The position numbers and the translations under genes are program-made. Under the pieces are notes generated by a model. It saw only the letters and a program-made list of their open reading frames with translations, searched no databases and was not told the origin of the DNA. From Camelus dromedarius (lineage: Eukaryota), in contig NC_087436.1 in NCBI RefSeq assembly GCF_036321535.1, positions 36,644,001 through 36,708,000 of the forward strand: DNA of 64,000 bases, read 5' to 3'. Below are positions 1-13,700 of this stretch, one piece after another. The stretch's first letter is position 1. Each line of letters opens with the position of its first letter.

Positions 1-1593
1 TACTTATTTTTTTGCCCTAAACTCAATTCTCTTTCCTTAAAAAATTAAATGTCAGTTATACCCAATAAAAACTAATAAAAACTACAAAGTAGTAAACTAC
101 CTTGGCAAACTTATCATTTGGAATTCTTATCATTATGTCAACAACTGCTCTACTCATTTCCTTTGCCACTCTCCCAAGGCACTAAATAATATGCATTTTA
201 CAAAAACAAGTCACTTGATACCCTCCAAAACACAAAATAAATTATGATTATCATGATTATCAGCACATTAGTGTTCTACTTTGTTGGTCTAATATACACT
301 GAGGAGCTGAGCCAGTGTTCATGTTTTTTAGTCTTGTGTTTTTCCTTTTGAGTTAGAGGCACATGTCTTATGCATTTCCCTTTGTTTAAACTGTTAAGGA
401 AATGATATCCTTCCTTTGCTTCCAAATATATTCTATCCAATACAACTATAATGACAACAAATGTCACCTTCATAAAAATTAGTAGGTTTACATTTATTTT
501 AAGGAAAAAAACCACACACAAACAAAAGAGAGTAATAGTGACTTTTAAAAATGTATATAACCACCATGTAAAATGATTATTTGTAAGATTCCTGATGAAG
601 TCTATTTTTGGTCTTTTGGGTGTTAGGCATGAGTACTCTGATACCAAGTCTTCTTGGTAACCTGAAATGTTTAACGGAAATACTAGTATTTTACCTATGA
701 ATTATCTAAATGCAAAGCATTCAAAACCAAGAATTTCACCTAAAGTATTATCTAAATTTTAGCCAACACTGAATGCTAAAACTTCAATTTTTGATGTAAA
801 AATAATGGAACATTTTCCCAGTTCTCAAATAAAACCCAGCACTAGAAAGATTTTCTTCTAGTGGAGAGGGGAAAAAAATTGCTGAACAATGGCATACCAC
901 CTTCTGAGAAATAATTAAGCATTAATTCTGGTTTACAGATTGGCTGAGGAATTTTAGTTCACAACCTTTAATTCCTCAAATATAATTTCTCTTCACTGTT
1001 AAGATTAATGATGTCTTATCAACTCTGTTATATTTAAAATATTAAAATAAAAATAAACCCCTGTACCTTCAAAATAGCATATAAACACAGCTTATTTATT
1101 TCCAACCTTGAGTATTATGGAATCAGAGGAATCCACACGTGTTACACTCTGTATCCTACAAATTTGGACATGTGAATTTATTCATGTCAATAATAATTAT
1201 GGCTGGAGTTCCTGCTCCTGGTTATCCAATACTATGTTATAGGATGAACTGGATCTTACACATTTATCACTTTCTTTCAAGATCCCCACAGGAAAAAGAT
1301 GCTTTACCTGGTCATTCATGAATCAATTACAGGAAAAATCAGGGCATAAACAAAACTTCAGATGTTATTACCATCAAAAAGAATATCTAGTTGGTTTACT
1401 TACCAAAACTACTGAAAGCTGCAGTTTTTATCAAATATGTTCTGGTATCTTTAATTAGAAATAGGCTTTATTTCACAAAGTTCAATAACATTCCTACATC
1501 TGGACATTATTTAGTTTAACTAATGAAGACACTGGAGTTATCTTTTACTTTTTAAAAATTCTAAACCTCATACAGAAGATAAAAGACACTCAC

Positions 1594-1792
1594 AGGCATT
1601 CATCACCAGGTCCCCACGAATTTCTGGTTTCCAGTCATCCCATGATGTCTCAAAGCCATCAGCAAAACGGATACAAAAGTTTTTGAAATGCCCTTTACTA
1701 ACTAGAGATTCTGAAGAACAAGCAGTGATGAGAGTACTTTCAATGGTCAGTACTAAAGCAGAACCAGTGTCAAGGTCTCCAGTATGATTAGA
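1594..1792 (-). CDS. BLTP1: BLTP1 exon 35/35 (199 nt, [10 protein letters not shown]...LVMNA)
   Basis: ttgcag|TCT...T|gtgagt; phase 0/1. Confidence 0.95.
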
Positions 1793-4700
1793 CTGCAAAA
1801 TATATTAAAGAAGAAATGAGACAAAAGGTACAACTTTTAAAATTTGGAAATCTCACATGACTCATAGGATCAAACATTTAGAAAGGGACAACCCTAGAGA
1901 GCTTCATTAAAAAGCAGCTTATAAGGATGCCTACTTTTAAAAAATTACTTTGCTCAAGTGAAATGCATTCACCGTGTACATTTTTTAAAAAACTAAACTT
2001 ACATAAGGCTAATTATCTACTTTTCTATCTCAACCCTCTGTTTTAGCTGTGGGGAACATTCTCATTTTGACAACCACCCCTGATGTGTACAACCTTTTTG
2101 AGTTCTGTTCATCATGCCATTAAAATATCATTTTTCAACTCCTGAAGCACAAACATACCACGTTGCCAACTCTCAACCCAGAGTTTTTCTTAACATTGTC
2201 TTGCCAAACAAAATACTAAAAGTTACATTCATTCAACAACTAGTTACCGGTTATTTAAGGTAAATTCTAACAGTAAAATATAAATCTCTGTATTTGTTAT
2301 AATTGTAACTTCACGGCCTGTTAGGGGCCCATGGCCTTTTCTCTCATACACATGTGCATGCAAATATGTCTCCCTGAGTACTGGTACTAAATTACAAAGG
2401 GTAAATTTTTTCCTTTAACCAGTACACATAACTTGGAAGTTTCATTACCATTAAATATTACAGTTTAAAAGAATTTTGAAATTCCTTACCCTATTTTAGT
2501 TGAGATTATTAAACATTAAATAGTATTCTTATTAAATGTCCTTTGTTTCTATTTTATTAATAAGTATATGCCAAAGATGTCTTTGCTAAATACAAAATAA
2601 TAATAAAATTCTGAGAATTAAGCTACTTATTTTCCAAAGTAAAAATTAAGATTTATTACATGGCTATCAATCTCATTACTATTCTGAGGCACATCAGAAT
2701 GCTTTACAGAAAAGTTTCATGAGATTCATATTGAATACACTGTGGATGAATAATAGTTCAAAGAGTTCAATCTTGTTATTTACTAAAATTCAAGTTATAA
2801 ACTGTTATTGTGGAAAAGTCACTGTTATACTCTATATACATAAAAATGATGAGTATGGACTATGATTTGATTTTTCATACCTGTGCAGTATTTGTGATAG
2901 GCAGGCAGATTCCCAGATCATTCACAGTGAGTTGGAGGAAGAGAGTCCCAAAGGCCTGAGCTGATGTTTGCTGGATACCAGGCAGCATATCTACTACTTC
3001 CTTTGTAGCCATATGAATATCTTTATGTAGGGCCATTCGCTGTTCATTCCAATTGTCATAGGCAGCCTTATAATTCAGCCAAAACAGCACAGCTTTTGAT
3101 AATTAAGACAAGGCAGAAAGAAAATTAAAATCAAAACTGTAAGGCTATACTAGCAAGTAAACCTCAATAGCTGCAAAATCCTGTTGCTTAATAAAAATTA
3201 CTCCCAGAAAATTGTAGCATTAGAATTAGAAAGGATCTAAGAGGAAATAGTTAACTTGACTAATGAAAAAAGCAGAAAGGGGGCAACTGCAAAATGAGAG
3301 AAGGGAAAAGAAAATCCAGGTCCATTCATTTATTCAACAAATTATCTGTGAAATGCTAGGCTTTAGGATGGAGTAACAAACAAAAACAGACATGGGACCT
3401 GACCTTATGGAGCTTATTCTTACTACAGTTAAGAATTTCTGAAGGAGAGGTACTTAGTACTAGGAATATACACTAAGAAGATGTGATTTAGAGAGAGAAG
3501 TCAAAGACATCTGAGTTTGTAACAACAATGAAACTGTAAGGTAAGCCATCATTTAATGCAGTATGCAGAAGGAGGTGCCTAAACAGGAGACAAAGATGAA
3601 GGGGGCAGAGAAGTAGAAGAAAGAGCAGTATTATGTCATGGACACAAAGAGTAGAAAGTACTTTAAGGAGTTGTTGAAAGCGGACCAGAGGTCGGTAAGA
3701 CGAGAAATGAAAAAAATCGTGTACTGGATTTAGCAAAATTAAATCTTATCCATAACCCTGCCAAAAGGGCGGTTTTCTAATAAACTGATCTTATCATCTG
3801 CCAATGCCCACCACCAATTTAAATCTTTAATGGCTTCATAAATGGTTCTTCATTACTTCTAAAATACAATTCCAACATATTCACCCAATTAACAGTAATT
3901 AGACCCTATCTATCATTCAGCCTTATTTCCCATTATTTTCTTTTATGAAAGCTGCTGCTGTATTTTTCTTATACCTCTGTGATCATATATATTCATTCAT
4001 GTTCTCTCTCATTTGGCAAATATTTATTTAGTTCTTACTGTATGCCTGGGACTGTTCTAGGCCTTCAGATACAGAGATAAATAAGACAAGCTTTCCTTTC
4101 CTCTCCCGCTGGTGAACTCCTAACTCCAAGTACAATCTGGAAAATTAGTTTCTCCTCTAAGCAGCAGAGGGAAAGTTAGGCTGCATCAGATATCAGGATT
4201 TACATACACAGATGCAGATATACATGTAACTCCACTCTGCAGTCTACTTTGCTCTCTTTCCCACTGCACTGAGAGTTCCTTGAGGGCAGAGATCCTGCTT
4301 TCCCTATTCATATTCTCCTTCTAGACAGTAAACAATAAATGTTTATAGACTAAATGAATAAAGATAGCACCAGGACAAATGCAACTAGTTATCCAAACCA
4401 AAAAACTTAGCATTACAATTGAAATACTGAATCAGACATTCCTATCTAGGAAGCGAAAAACTTTAAAAAGTAAAATAACTTCAAAAACTGAAAAGAATAA
4501 GCGAGAAACCTTTTCTGGATGGTCACGTTTCAAATTTTAGAGACGTTTAGCTGTTAAGCATTCGTGGTGCTCAACTATAGATAATTTTTTCTCTAGCATT
4601 ACCAAAACATTTCTAAATCTAGTAAGATAGTATTGATGGTTTATCTTACCTCTGTCAAAGGCCACAGGCTGTGCATATACAATTGGTCTATTCAAGGTAA

Positions 4701-7700
4701 TAAGCACAGCTTCCCTATCTGAGGAACCACTGATTTCTTCTCGGAGGGCATTTCTTAATCCAATTCTAGTTTTAAAATAGGCAACTTGATGAAAATCAGA
4801 ACCTGCTTCCTCATAAACCTGAAATGAAATTAAAAACTCAGTAAAATAAAATAATGGAAAATGTTTATTTAAAGAAACTAAAAGTTTGAACACTTAATAG
4901 TATTGTTCACCAAAAGAACTACAGTACACTTTTCTCAGTTTCAATCATCAATGATACATTCCTAATACTCTGTACTATAAACATTTGAAATTAATATACA
5001 GTATGAATAGGTATATAAGAAATAAATATGAAGTCATACATAAATTTCATACAAAAACTAGGATTAGGTCCAAATTCTGAATGGTAATATATTAAATGTT
5101 TCAAGATAATTAGATCCCCTTTCCTTTCAAATTGTGTTTCTATTTGGAAAAATTACTGTTTTTCTAGAGACGACATGAAACTTTTGTTCATTTATTCCCC
5201 CATATAATCTTTAATATAGCCATTCAGTTTTGAAAGTGTGACTGGTATTCTTTTAATCGGTTCTTCAAATTAAAGGAAAAAAGATTAAAATCCACATAAT
5301 AATTTTTAGCAAAAACAAAAACAACAATAAAAAATTCTCTGATGAGCTAAGAAAGTTAATTTTTATAAAACAGAATCTGATTTACTGTTGCGCACATATA
5401 TATGTATTTTTAACTTGACAAGTTTAACATGCAAAATTTGCCATTATCAAACAGGGGAACTAAGAAACTTAGTAACATTTTAAGGACTGACCAATGTAAG
5501 TACAGAATGTTAAAATAAAAAATAATGTTTAACAAAATTATAAACAAATATTTATGAAGATACTAGATTAAGTTTCATTTGACTGCATTTGCACAGAACA
5601 ATCTACTGCCAAAATACTCAATGAAAATCCAAGGTAAAATATTAAGGGCCCTGTTAAGCAATTTTTCATTAGAATTTACAACCAGAAATTTTAGGAACTT
5701 AAACTAAATAATTTTTTAAGTATATTAATACTAAAAGTAGTTCAAATTGATATACAAAGTTTAAAAGCCACAGTTCTAATATCAACATATTCTGCACTCA
5801 CTTGATGTTTGACAATTTGTCCTAATGCCAGATTTAAATCCACTTGGCATTTACCAAACAGTTTCAGATAGCTGCTACTTCCTGGTGAAGCTTTGGTTTG
5901 AAGTCGGTTCGAAAGTTCCAGTTCAATCAATCCAGTTTCAAATCTCACAGCTCTCATTGAGGGAGTTGTGGCCGTTACTTGAATACCCTAGCAGATTGTA
6001 TGTTAGGAGAAAAAAAGAATCCTAAGTCAATAATGTGTATCCACTAAAATGAAATCTTTCAATATATGATAAATAAAATAGCCAGGTTTTAAAACACATG
6101 TAGGATGTCTAATGAGCTGATAAAGACTGGCAATATTCTTTTAATTTCTCATGTTAGTAGGAATTTTTTTAGCTATTAAGTTTCATTTCAGTATTTTGTA
6201 TTTAAAATCTAGACTGTTCATGGGTTGAATACATTACAATTAAATAACTATTTCATAAGAATGATCTTTAAGAATATCTTGAATATTGGATATAGTAAGG
6301 TTTCTATTAATTATTGTTAACTGGACCAGTGTACAAACTATTTCTTGCAGAGTAATTTATAACAGCAATAATTAGAAAAAAAATCAAAATGTTCATCAGA
6401 AAGAAGCAGTTAAATTGTTACAACTGCATAATATATACCACAGCTATTCAAGAAAATAAAGTGGATGTAAATGTTCTGACATGCAATGGTATTCGAGGTT
6501 TTTAAAAATGCGTAAGTATATGCATATATCTAAATACAAAAAGAAGATAGGATATTCAATTGTTAGAGCTTTTCTCTCAGTGGGTAAGATTATACTTCAT
6601 TTTTATTTTCTATTTGGCATATTCATGTAACATATGTATTTTCCAGCATACATTAATTGATTAGAAAAATGCTTGTTAAAGAAGCATTATTATTTATGTT
6701 ACCTTAAACTGCAAGTTCAGGGAATAGAGAAGAATTTTAGGCTTATCTCCATCTGCTGTTCCATCATGTTCATTCCAAAGGGGAATAGGCTGCTCCCCAC
6801 CTGAAAGAGGTCAAATAATTGAAGGCCAGAAGCAATTTCTTTAAAAAGGAAAATAACTACTTTGTGTGTTTTCAAAATAAAAACCACAAAACACTTTCTT
6901 TTTACTGATCATTAACTCAATCTTTAACAGGGAATTTTAGCCCTGTCACATTTCACTGAGGCAGATGTATGTAAGATCAGGATAATAATGCATATATAGA
7001 CATTTATTGAGAATATTTTGTAAGAACTAAATTAAATTTTTTTACATATAATTAAACCAAACATGACTATACATCTCAGAAAATATATCTGAGGGAAAAA
7101 ATACACTGAACTCATTTCTTCAATCAAAAATGTGACCTTTATCATTTATATGTATATGTGCTATAAACAAAAAAAGAATGAAAAAAAAATAAAGGTGGAG
7201 AAATGAAAAATAAGGCAGCAGATGCTAATAACAAAAAGTGTGACAATAAAAGTTTGACCTATACATTAAAAAAAAAATGGGGACAGGGGACCCTGGGACT
7301 AAAGTTCCTATTTTTTTTTTTTTATTAAAATCAACATTCTTTAATGAAAATATCAAGTTTCTTTTTGCATGAATAGGTATTAACTACAAGAAATGTTCCA
7401 TGCTTTGTTCTACGATTTAGTGTTAGAGTCTTAAAGAATAATATTTTCCTCAAAAGATATTATGGCGAAGGGATTTCTTTCGGTGGAACAGTTCCTACAT
7501 CAAATCTGGTGCATGGGTCAGGCCACTGGGAACCTTAACTAGCTCTCTTCTGAGGGGGCTCTCTTCTGTCTCTTCGTCTTTCTGTCTGTCTCGATTTCTC
7601 TCTCTCAGACACAAACACATACAATTTTGTGAAAGGGGACTTCCTGCCATACAAAGATAGACTTCACATCTTCAGAAAGACACTTGACAAAGCACATTTC

Positions 7701-10700
7701 TCAATTCAAGTCTTTGTGTGAGGTCTGGGCAACTGGCTTATTTTCTAGAACAATCGGTGTTTACAAAATCAGGAGATCATCTTCCCCAAAGGAAGAGTTC
7801 TGGTCCGTGTTGATGAAGTTGGGGATGTCACATTTCATGAGCCTGTTCGGCTCCTCCTCTGGCCACCTGCTGCATCTGATGGCTTCCTGGAGCCGAGTAT
7901 CACTGTCAAGGGCTATGGTTGGGATACCAGCTTTGGCCTTGTCCAAGTGGTCCACTTCATTGACGTAGCAGTGAAAGAGGGACCTTGATTCGTCATTGCC
8001 CTGCCAGATAACACCGTGGGCACCAGCGGTCTTCCAAAGTCTGACACAAAGCTGTTCAGTGTGAATCTCTTCTCGGGAGACTCTGCATTGCTTTCAGTAA
8101 GTCATCTTCTTCCCCTACTTATCACTTCACCCAAGTTTAAAAGACGTTTGAGAACAGGGATGATTGTGCCAGCAATCTGTGACCCAATAACCTAAAAGGT
8201 CACCTGGAGACGGGCATCCGGCTTCTTGGGCAGCAGAGGATGCCCCCAGGATTGGCTGGAGTCCTCAGGCAAATCTCCGGCGGGCAGAGGTCGCCCCCAG
8301 GCCAGGTCGCCCCCCCAGGCCGCGAGGGAGAGAAGAAATGGAGCAGCTCCCTGGAACGGACCCCCTCCCCCTGCTGCGGCCGCCGCCGCCCCCGCCTCCC
8401 AGGAGCAAGCTCACCTGGAGACCCGAGTCACGCCTCTAGGGCAGCAGAGGCCGCTCCCAGGCCCAGCAGCCGGGAGAGGGCAGCTATTCCACCAGTTCGC
8501 CAGGGGCAGCCCCACTCCGCCTAAAGTTCCTATTAATAGACCACTTGTTCCACAGGCCTTGTGGCCTTAAGGAAATAATATTCTAATATTTTAAAATACA
8601 ACTTCTATTTCGTCTTCTCTTTCCCTTATTATAAAAACTTTTCTGCATGTTTATCTTTCAAATATTCTATCTTAAATGATTCATCTTAAAATGATTCCTT
8701 TTTTTCCTGTATGTATATTGAGTTTAGCATCATCACAGGGATCATATATAGGTGGGATAGGAAGTTTTTTCCTATTAGGTAATCAGTTAATGTAATTCAT
8801 CAGATCAACAGGCTAAAGAAAAATCAAATGATCATATCAAAAGATGCAGAAAAAGCACATGACAAAATCCAGTACCTATTGATAATAAAGACTCTTAGTA
8901 ACCTAGGAATAGAGAACTCAATTTGATAAAGAATATCTACAAAAAACCTACAGCTAATATCATGCTCAATGGTGAAAAGCTCAAAGCTTTCCAACTAAGA
9001 AGGTACAGAACAAGGATATCCCCTCTTACCACTCCTTTTTGAACATTATACAAGTCTTAGCTAATGCAGTAAGACAAGGAAAGGAAATTAAAAATATACA
9101 GATTGAGAAGGAAGAAATAAAACTCTTTGTTCACAAATGACCTGATCATCTGCATAGAATTTTCTGGAACCAATAAGTGATTATAGCAAAGTTGTAGGAT
9201 ACAAGGTTAATAATACACAGAGGCTAATCACTTTTCTGTGCACCGGCAATAAACAGTGGAATTTGAAATTAAAACACAATACCATTTACATTAGCACCTC
9301 AAAAAAAGAAATACTTAATTATAAATTAACAATATATGTCCAAGATGTATATGAAAAAAACTACAAAACTCTGATCAAAGATAGATGTCAGTTCTTCTCA
9401 ACTAGCTATATAGACTTGATGCAATCCCAATCAAAATCCTACCAAGTGTTTTTGTGGATACTGACAAACTTATTCTAAGGTGTATGTGAAGAGACAAAAT
9501 ATCCAGAATAGCCAATAAAATAAGGAGAAGAATAAAACTAGAGGACGAAACTACCTGACTGCGAGACTACAAGCTACCATAATCAAAACAGTGTGGTTAC
9601 TGGAGAAATAACAGACAAAAATGATTAACGGAACAGAAGGGAGAGCTCAGAAATAGACCCACATAAATGCAATCAACTGATCTTTGACAAAGGAGCACAA
9701 GGCACCACAATGGAGCAAAGATACAGTCTTTTTCACATATGGCACTGGATAAATAGACATCCACAAGCAAAAAAGTGAATCTAGATATAGACCTTAAATC
9801 TGTCACAAAAATTAACTCACATTGATCACAAGTCTAAATGTAAAAGAGAAAAGTATAAAAATCATATAACATAGGAGAGAACCTAAATGACCTTCAGTAC
9901 AACAATGACTTTTTAGATACGTCAATCCATGAAAGAAAGAATTGATAAGCTAGACTTTATTAAAATTAAAAATTCTGCTGTAAGAGAAGAAGACAAGCCA
10001 TGACTGGGAGATATTTCTAAAAGATATGTACGATAAAGGAATATTATCCAAAATATGCCAAGAGCTCTTAAATCCTACAATAAGAAAACAATCTGATTTA
10101 AAAATTGGCTGAAGATTTAACAACAACCTAACCAAAGAAGATATCCAGATGGCAATTAAGCACATAAAAAGGTTTTTCACATCATGTCATCAAGGGAATG
10201 CAAATTCAAACAACAATAAGATACCACTACACATCCATCAGAATGGCCAAAATTGATAACAGTGACAACACCAAACAGTAGAAAGACAAAGAGGAACAAG
10301 AACTCTCATTCATTTCTGGTGGGAATGCAGAATAGTACAGTCACTTTGGATGATGGTTTGGCAGTTTCCTACAAAACTAAACATACTTTCCCATATGACC
10401 CAGCAATCATGCTCCTTGGTAGTTACCAAAAACAGCTGAGAACTTATGTCCACAGAGAAACCTTCATAAGTATGTTTATAGCAGCTTAATTCATAATGGC
10501 CAAAACCTGGATGCAATCAAGGGAGGGTTGAATAGGCAGAGCACAGAGGATTTTTAGGGCAGAAACTACTCTGTAGGATACTATACAGGGGCATACATGT
10601 CATTGTACATTTGTCCAAACCTAAAGAACGTACAAGGCAAACATTAAACTATGGGCTTTTTAGTGATAATGTTTTGTCAATGTAATTCATCGGTTGTAAC

Positions 10701-13700
10701 AACTGTACCATTCTGGTAGGAATGTTGATAATGGGGGAGGCTATGCGTGACTGAAGGCAGAGGGTATTTAGGAAATCTCTACACCTTCCCCTCAATTTTG
10801 CCACAAACCTAAAACTGCTTTAAAAATAGCCTAATTTTTAAAAAGCCTATTTGTTTTGTTCAGCTGTCACTACCTTGAGTATCTTTTATATAGTTTCAGA
10901 AAAAAAAATTTTAATTTAAAAGAAAAGCTCTGCCTCTTACAAAATGTATTACACAATAATTTTAGTAAATTACCATAGGCACTATTAGTCACATTAACAC
11001 CACAGTTTTTTAACCTCATTATAAATTAAATATACACCTGGTCCAATTGTAAGAAGGTAACCTCATTATACATATATTTCCCATTATATATACATACTGA
11101 AAAACAGATCTCTTCTGCTTAGTAGGACAGTGCTTACCTACATCTTTCTGAAACCCAAGCAATCCATGGGCAATAAGATTATAAAAATTGATTTTTCAAA
11201 AAAGAATTTTCCTAACATACTTGATGATGGTTGTGAACATGAGTATTCGTATGCAACAGAAAATGTCCTAAAGCTAAAGGTAACATGAAGAAAAAGCATG
11301 AGGAAAAAGTACAAGAAATAAATAAGGAAAACAATCATGAAGATTATGGGAGAGAAGGAAAGCAACACAACGATTAGAATACTAAGAAATCTGGCTACAA
11401 GGGTTCAAAGTATCCCTTCTCAACAATCTGTTACATTCTCTGGTTTTGAAAGGATAATGGAACATCTGTGCTCCATGAGGCCCCTGGGCCAGCTGGATGA
11501 TATGCGACTTACATTTCAGGTATTTTCCTAGGGTTCATTCTTTCTCTACAGTCAAGAGGAATGGTTCGGGGAACAGACCTAGTCACTCAGTGACTTTGGC
11601 ATCATAATCTGATCTCTCTATTCTTCACAGTGATTAGCAAATCTTCAAGGTTAGAATATTAACATCCAGTTTTCTTTTGCAGTTCAATATTCATTGATCT
11701 AGGGATATACTTTACTTGTAACTCCTAACTGACTGCAATTCAAAGGTTAAGAAAAGCTTTTCTCTTTCATCAAAACCACTTCAGGGGCAGCTTACAGTAT
11801 GAGTCTAATACTAGGAGCTCTATAATTCTAGATTTTACCATAAGAGATACAAGATTAGTTATGGAAGAGTCTATTCACTTTTAAATTATACACATTCATC
11901 AATAGCAGACTTAAAAATATTCTTTAAAACTCATAAAAATTTACCAACTTGAAATACTCTTAACTTTGATATTATAGACAATGTTCAAATGTGATTTTTA
12001 ACCAGGTAAATGGGTCACATCAAAACCTATGCATGTTCCCCAAGTAGAAACACTTTCAGTGGCAGAAAGGGTTATATATTCATCTCATCTGTAATGATTT
12101 GTATTCAACCATTTTCAGAAACATTCCAAGATCACTGATTTATCTGAATTTTACACTTAACTTGTACAATTCTATAGCTCTGTTAGGCCTCTTCAGTGTG
12201 ATCATTAAGGAGCTCCTTGACCTCAGATACAACCAGAACCAACCCATGAGAACCAGGAAAACCTCTGGCTCACTCAGCTGCTACATAATTTAAGTTCTGT
12301 TCTCCTTCAGGACCTTATCAAATACTGGTTCATAAGCTCTGCCTCAATCTTCTCTACTTATCCTTTCTTGTCAAATGAGACTTCACTTATGAGTTTCTGA
12401 ATATCACTTCCTCTGTGAAGCATTTTCCATTCCTTAGACTAGGTCAGTTTCTCCTTTGACACAGACACAGCACCCTCTTCTTGTCATTCAGAGAACTCAT
12501 CACAATTATAACTGAATACCTGAATACTTAATAAATTTGTTAAATGAATGAATTTATCTATCAACATTGAGGAATCTCCTCTTGATACCAATTTATAGAT
12601 GAGGCTTAACTATGATTTTAACATGACTACATTCATACTGGAAATATTTAGCCTCAAGAATTGTTATATACTGCCAACTTGTTTTACACTCTCTTACTAC
12701 TTTATCTTGTAAATTAAAAATCAATTAAATATTCTTAAAAACATACATTTCCTGTTACAACACAAAATAGTGATTAAGAAACTCGACTGTAATGTCTTGA
12801 GGAATAGCAAAAACATAGTAAGAATTGCTACAGACAATTTACCATGTAGCCAGTATACAGTTACCATCTGGAGGTTAAAATCGAAAGCTAATATTGATCT
12901 AAATTTTGTCCCCAAATGAGTAAGGTTAATTTAATATGGTTAGTAGATACATACTAAGCTTTTTCTTTAAGAAGGGAAACATAAGGGAGCTTTGCTTAGT
13001 TTATAAACTGTAAATGTACATATTACACATAACGAAAGTAATAAGCAAAAGAATCTGTGGGTGAGAAAGCCAGAAAAAGAATGCGGATTTTTTTAAGGGA
13101 GTTACTCAACAATTTTATCTAAATGATAGGATTGATACTCATACTACTGATACATGGAACATCATATAGCCAATGATAATAAAAACCTGCTATATGTTCT
13201 ATAAGAAACCAGATCATCTTACCAGAAACTTTTTGTATTACTTCATTAACTTCCTTCATGAACACTTTCTGTACAAATACCAAGTGGTTTAGAAGATCAG
13301 TTGTAAGATTATGTTCAAAGGAACCAACCTGCCAAACAAAATCAGAATATTAGATTAACACTATGGACTATATTAGTTTTAAATACATCTCAAATAAGTC
13401 ATTCCAAACTGAGGAAAAGCAATTAATTATCTACATACCACCTGAAACTAATATACTGAAGACGGGTTAAAAATATTCAGATTCTCCAATACTCTACTGG
13501 CCTGACGTTGTTATGAGCCATTCCCCCTAGCTTTGTAAATAACAGTAGCCAAAAAAGTATGAGAAATCTTTTGAAAATGAATGAAAATTACACTTTAACT
13601 GTGTAAATGCTAATTTTTAAAACTGATATTTTATGTAGAGTAATATTTATTTTTAATGACCCCTGTTGTAGTGTTAGAACCATAGACAAGTGTAAGTGGA

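Noticed and set aside
1108..1307. Exon-like unique sequence after gaccag|GTAAAG on the minus strand
   Set aside because: The in-phase frame stops after about 13 codons and the other frames also contain stops; no coherent exon model can be supported.
8226..8570. Plus-strand Pro/Ala/Gly-rich ORFs (114 aa and 94 aa)
   Set aside because: They are antisense readings of the GC-rich 5' end of the retrocopy; stop-poor because of composition.
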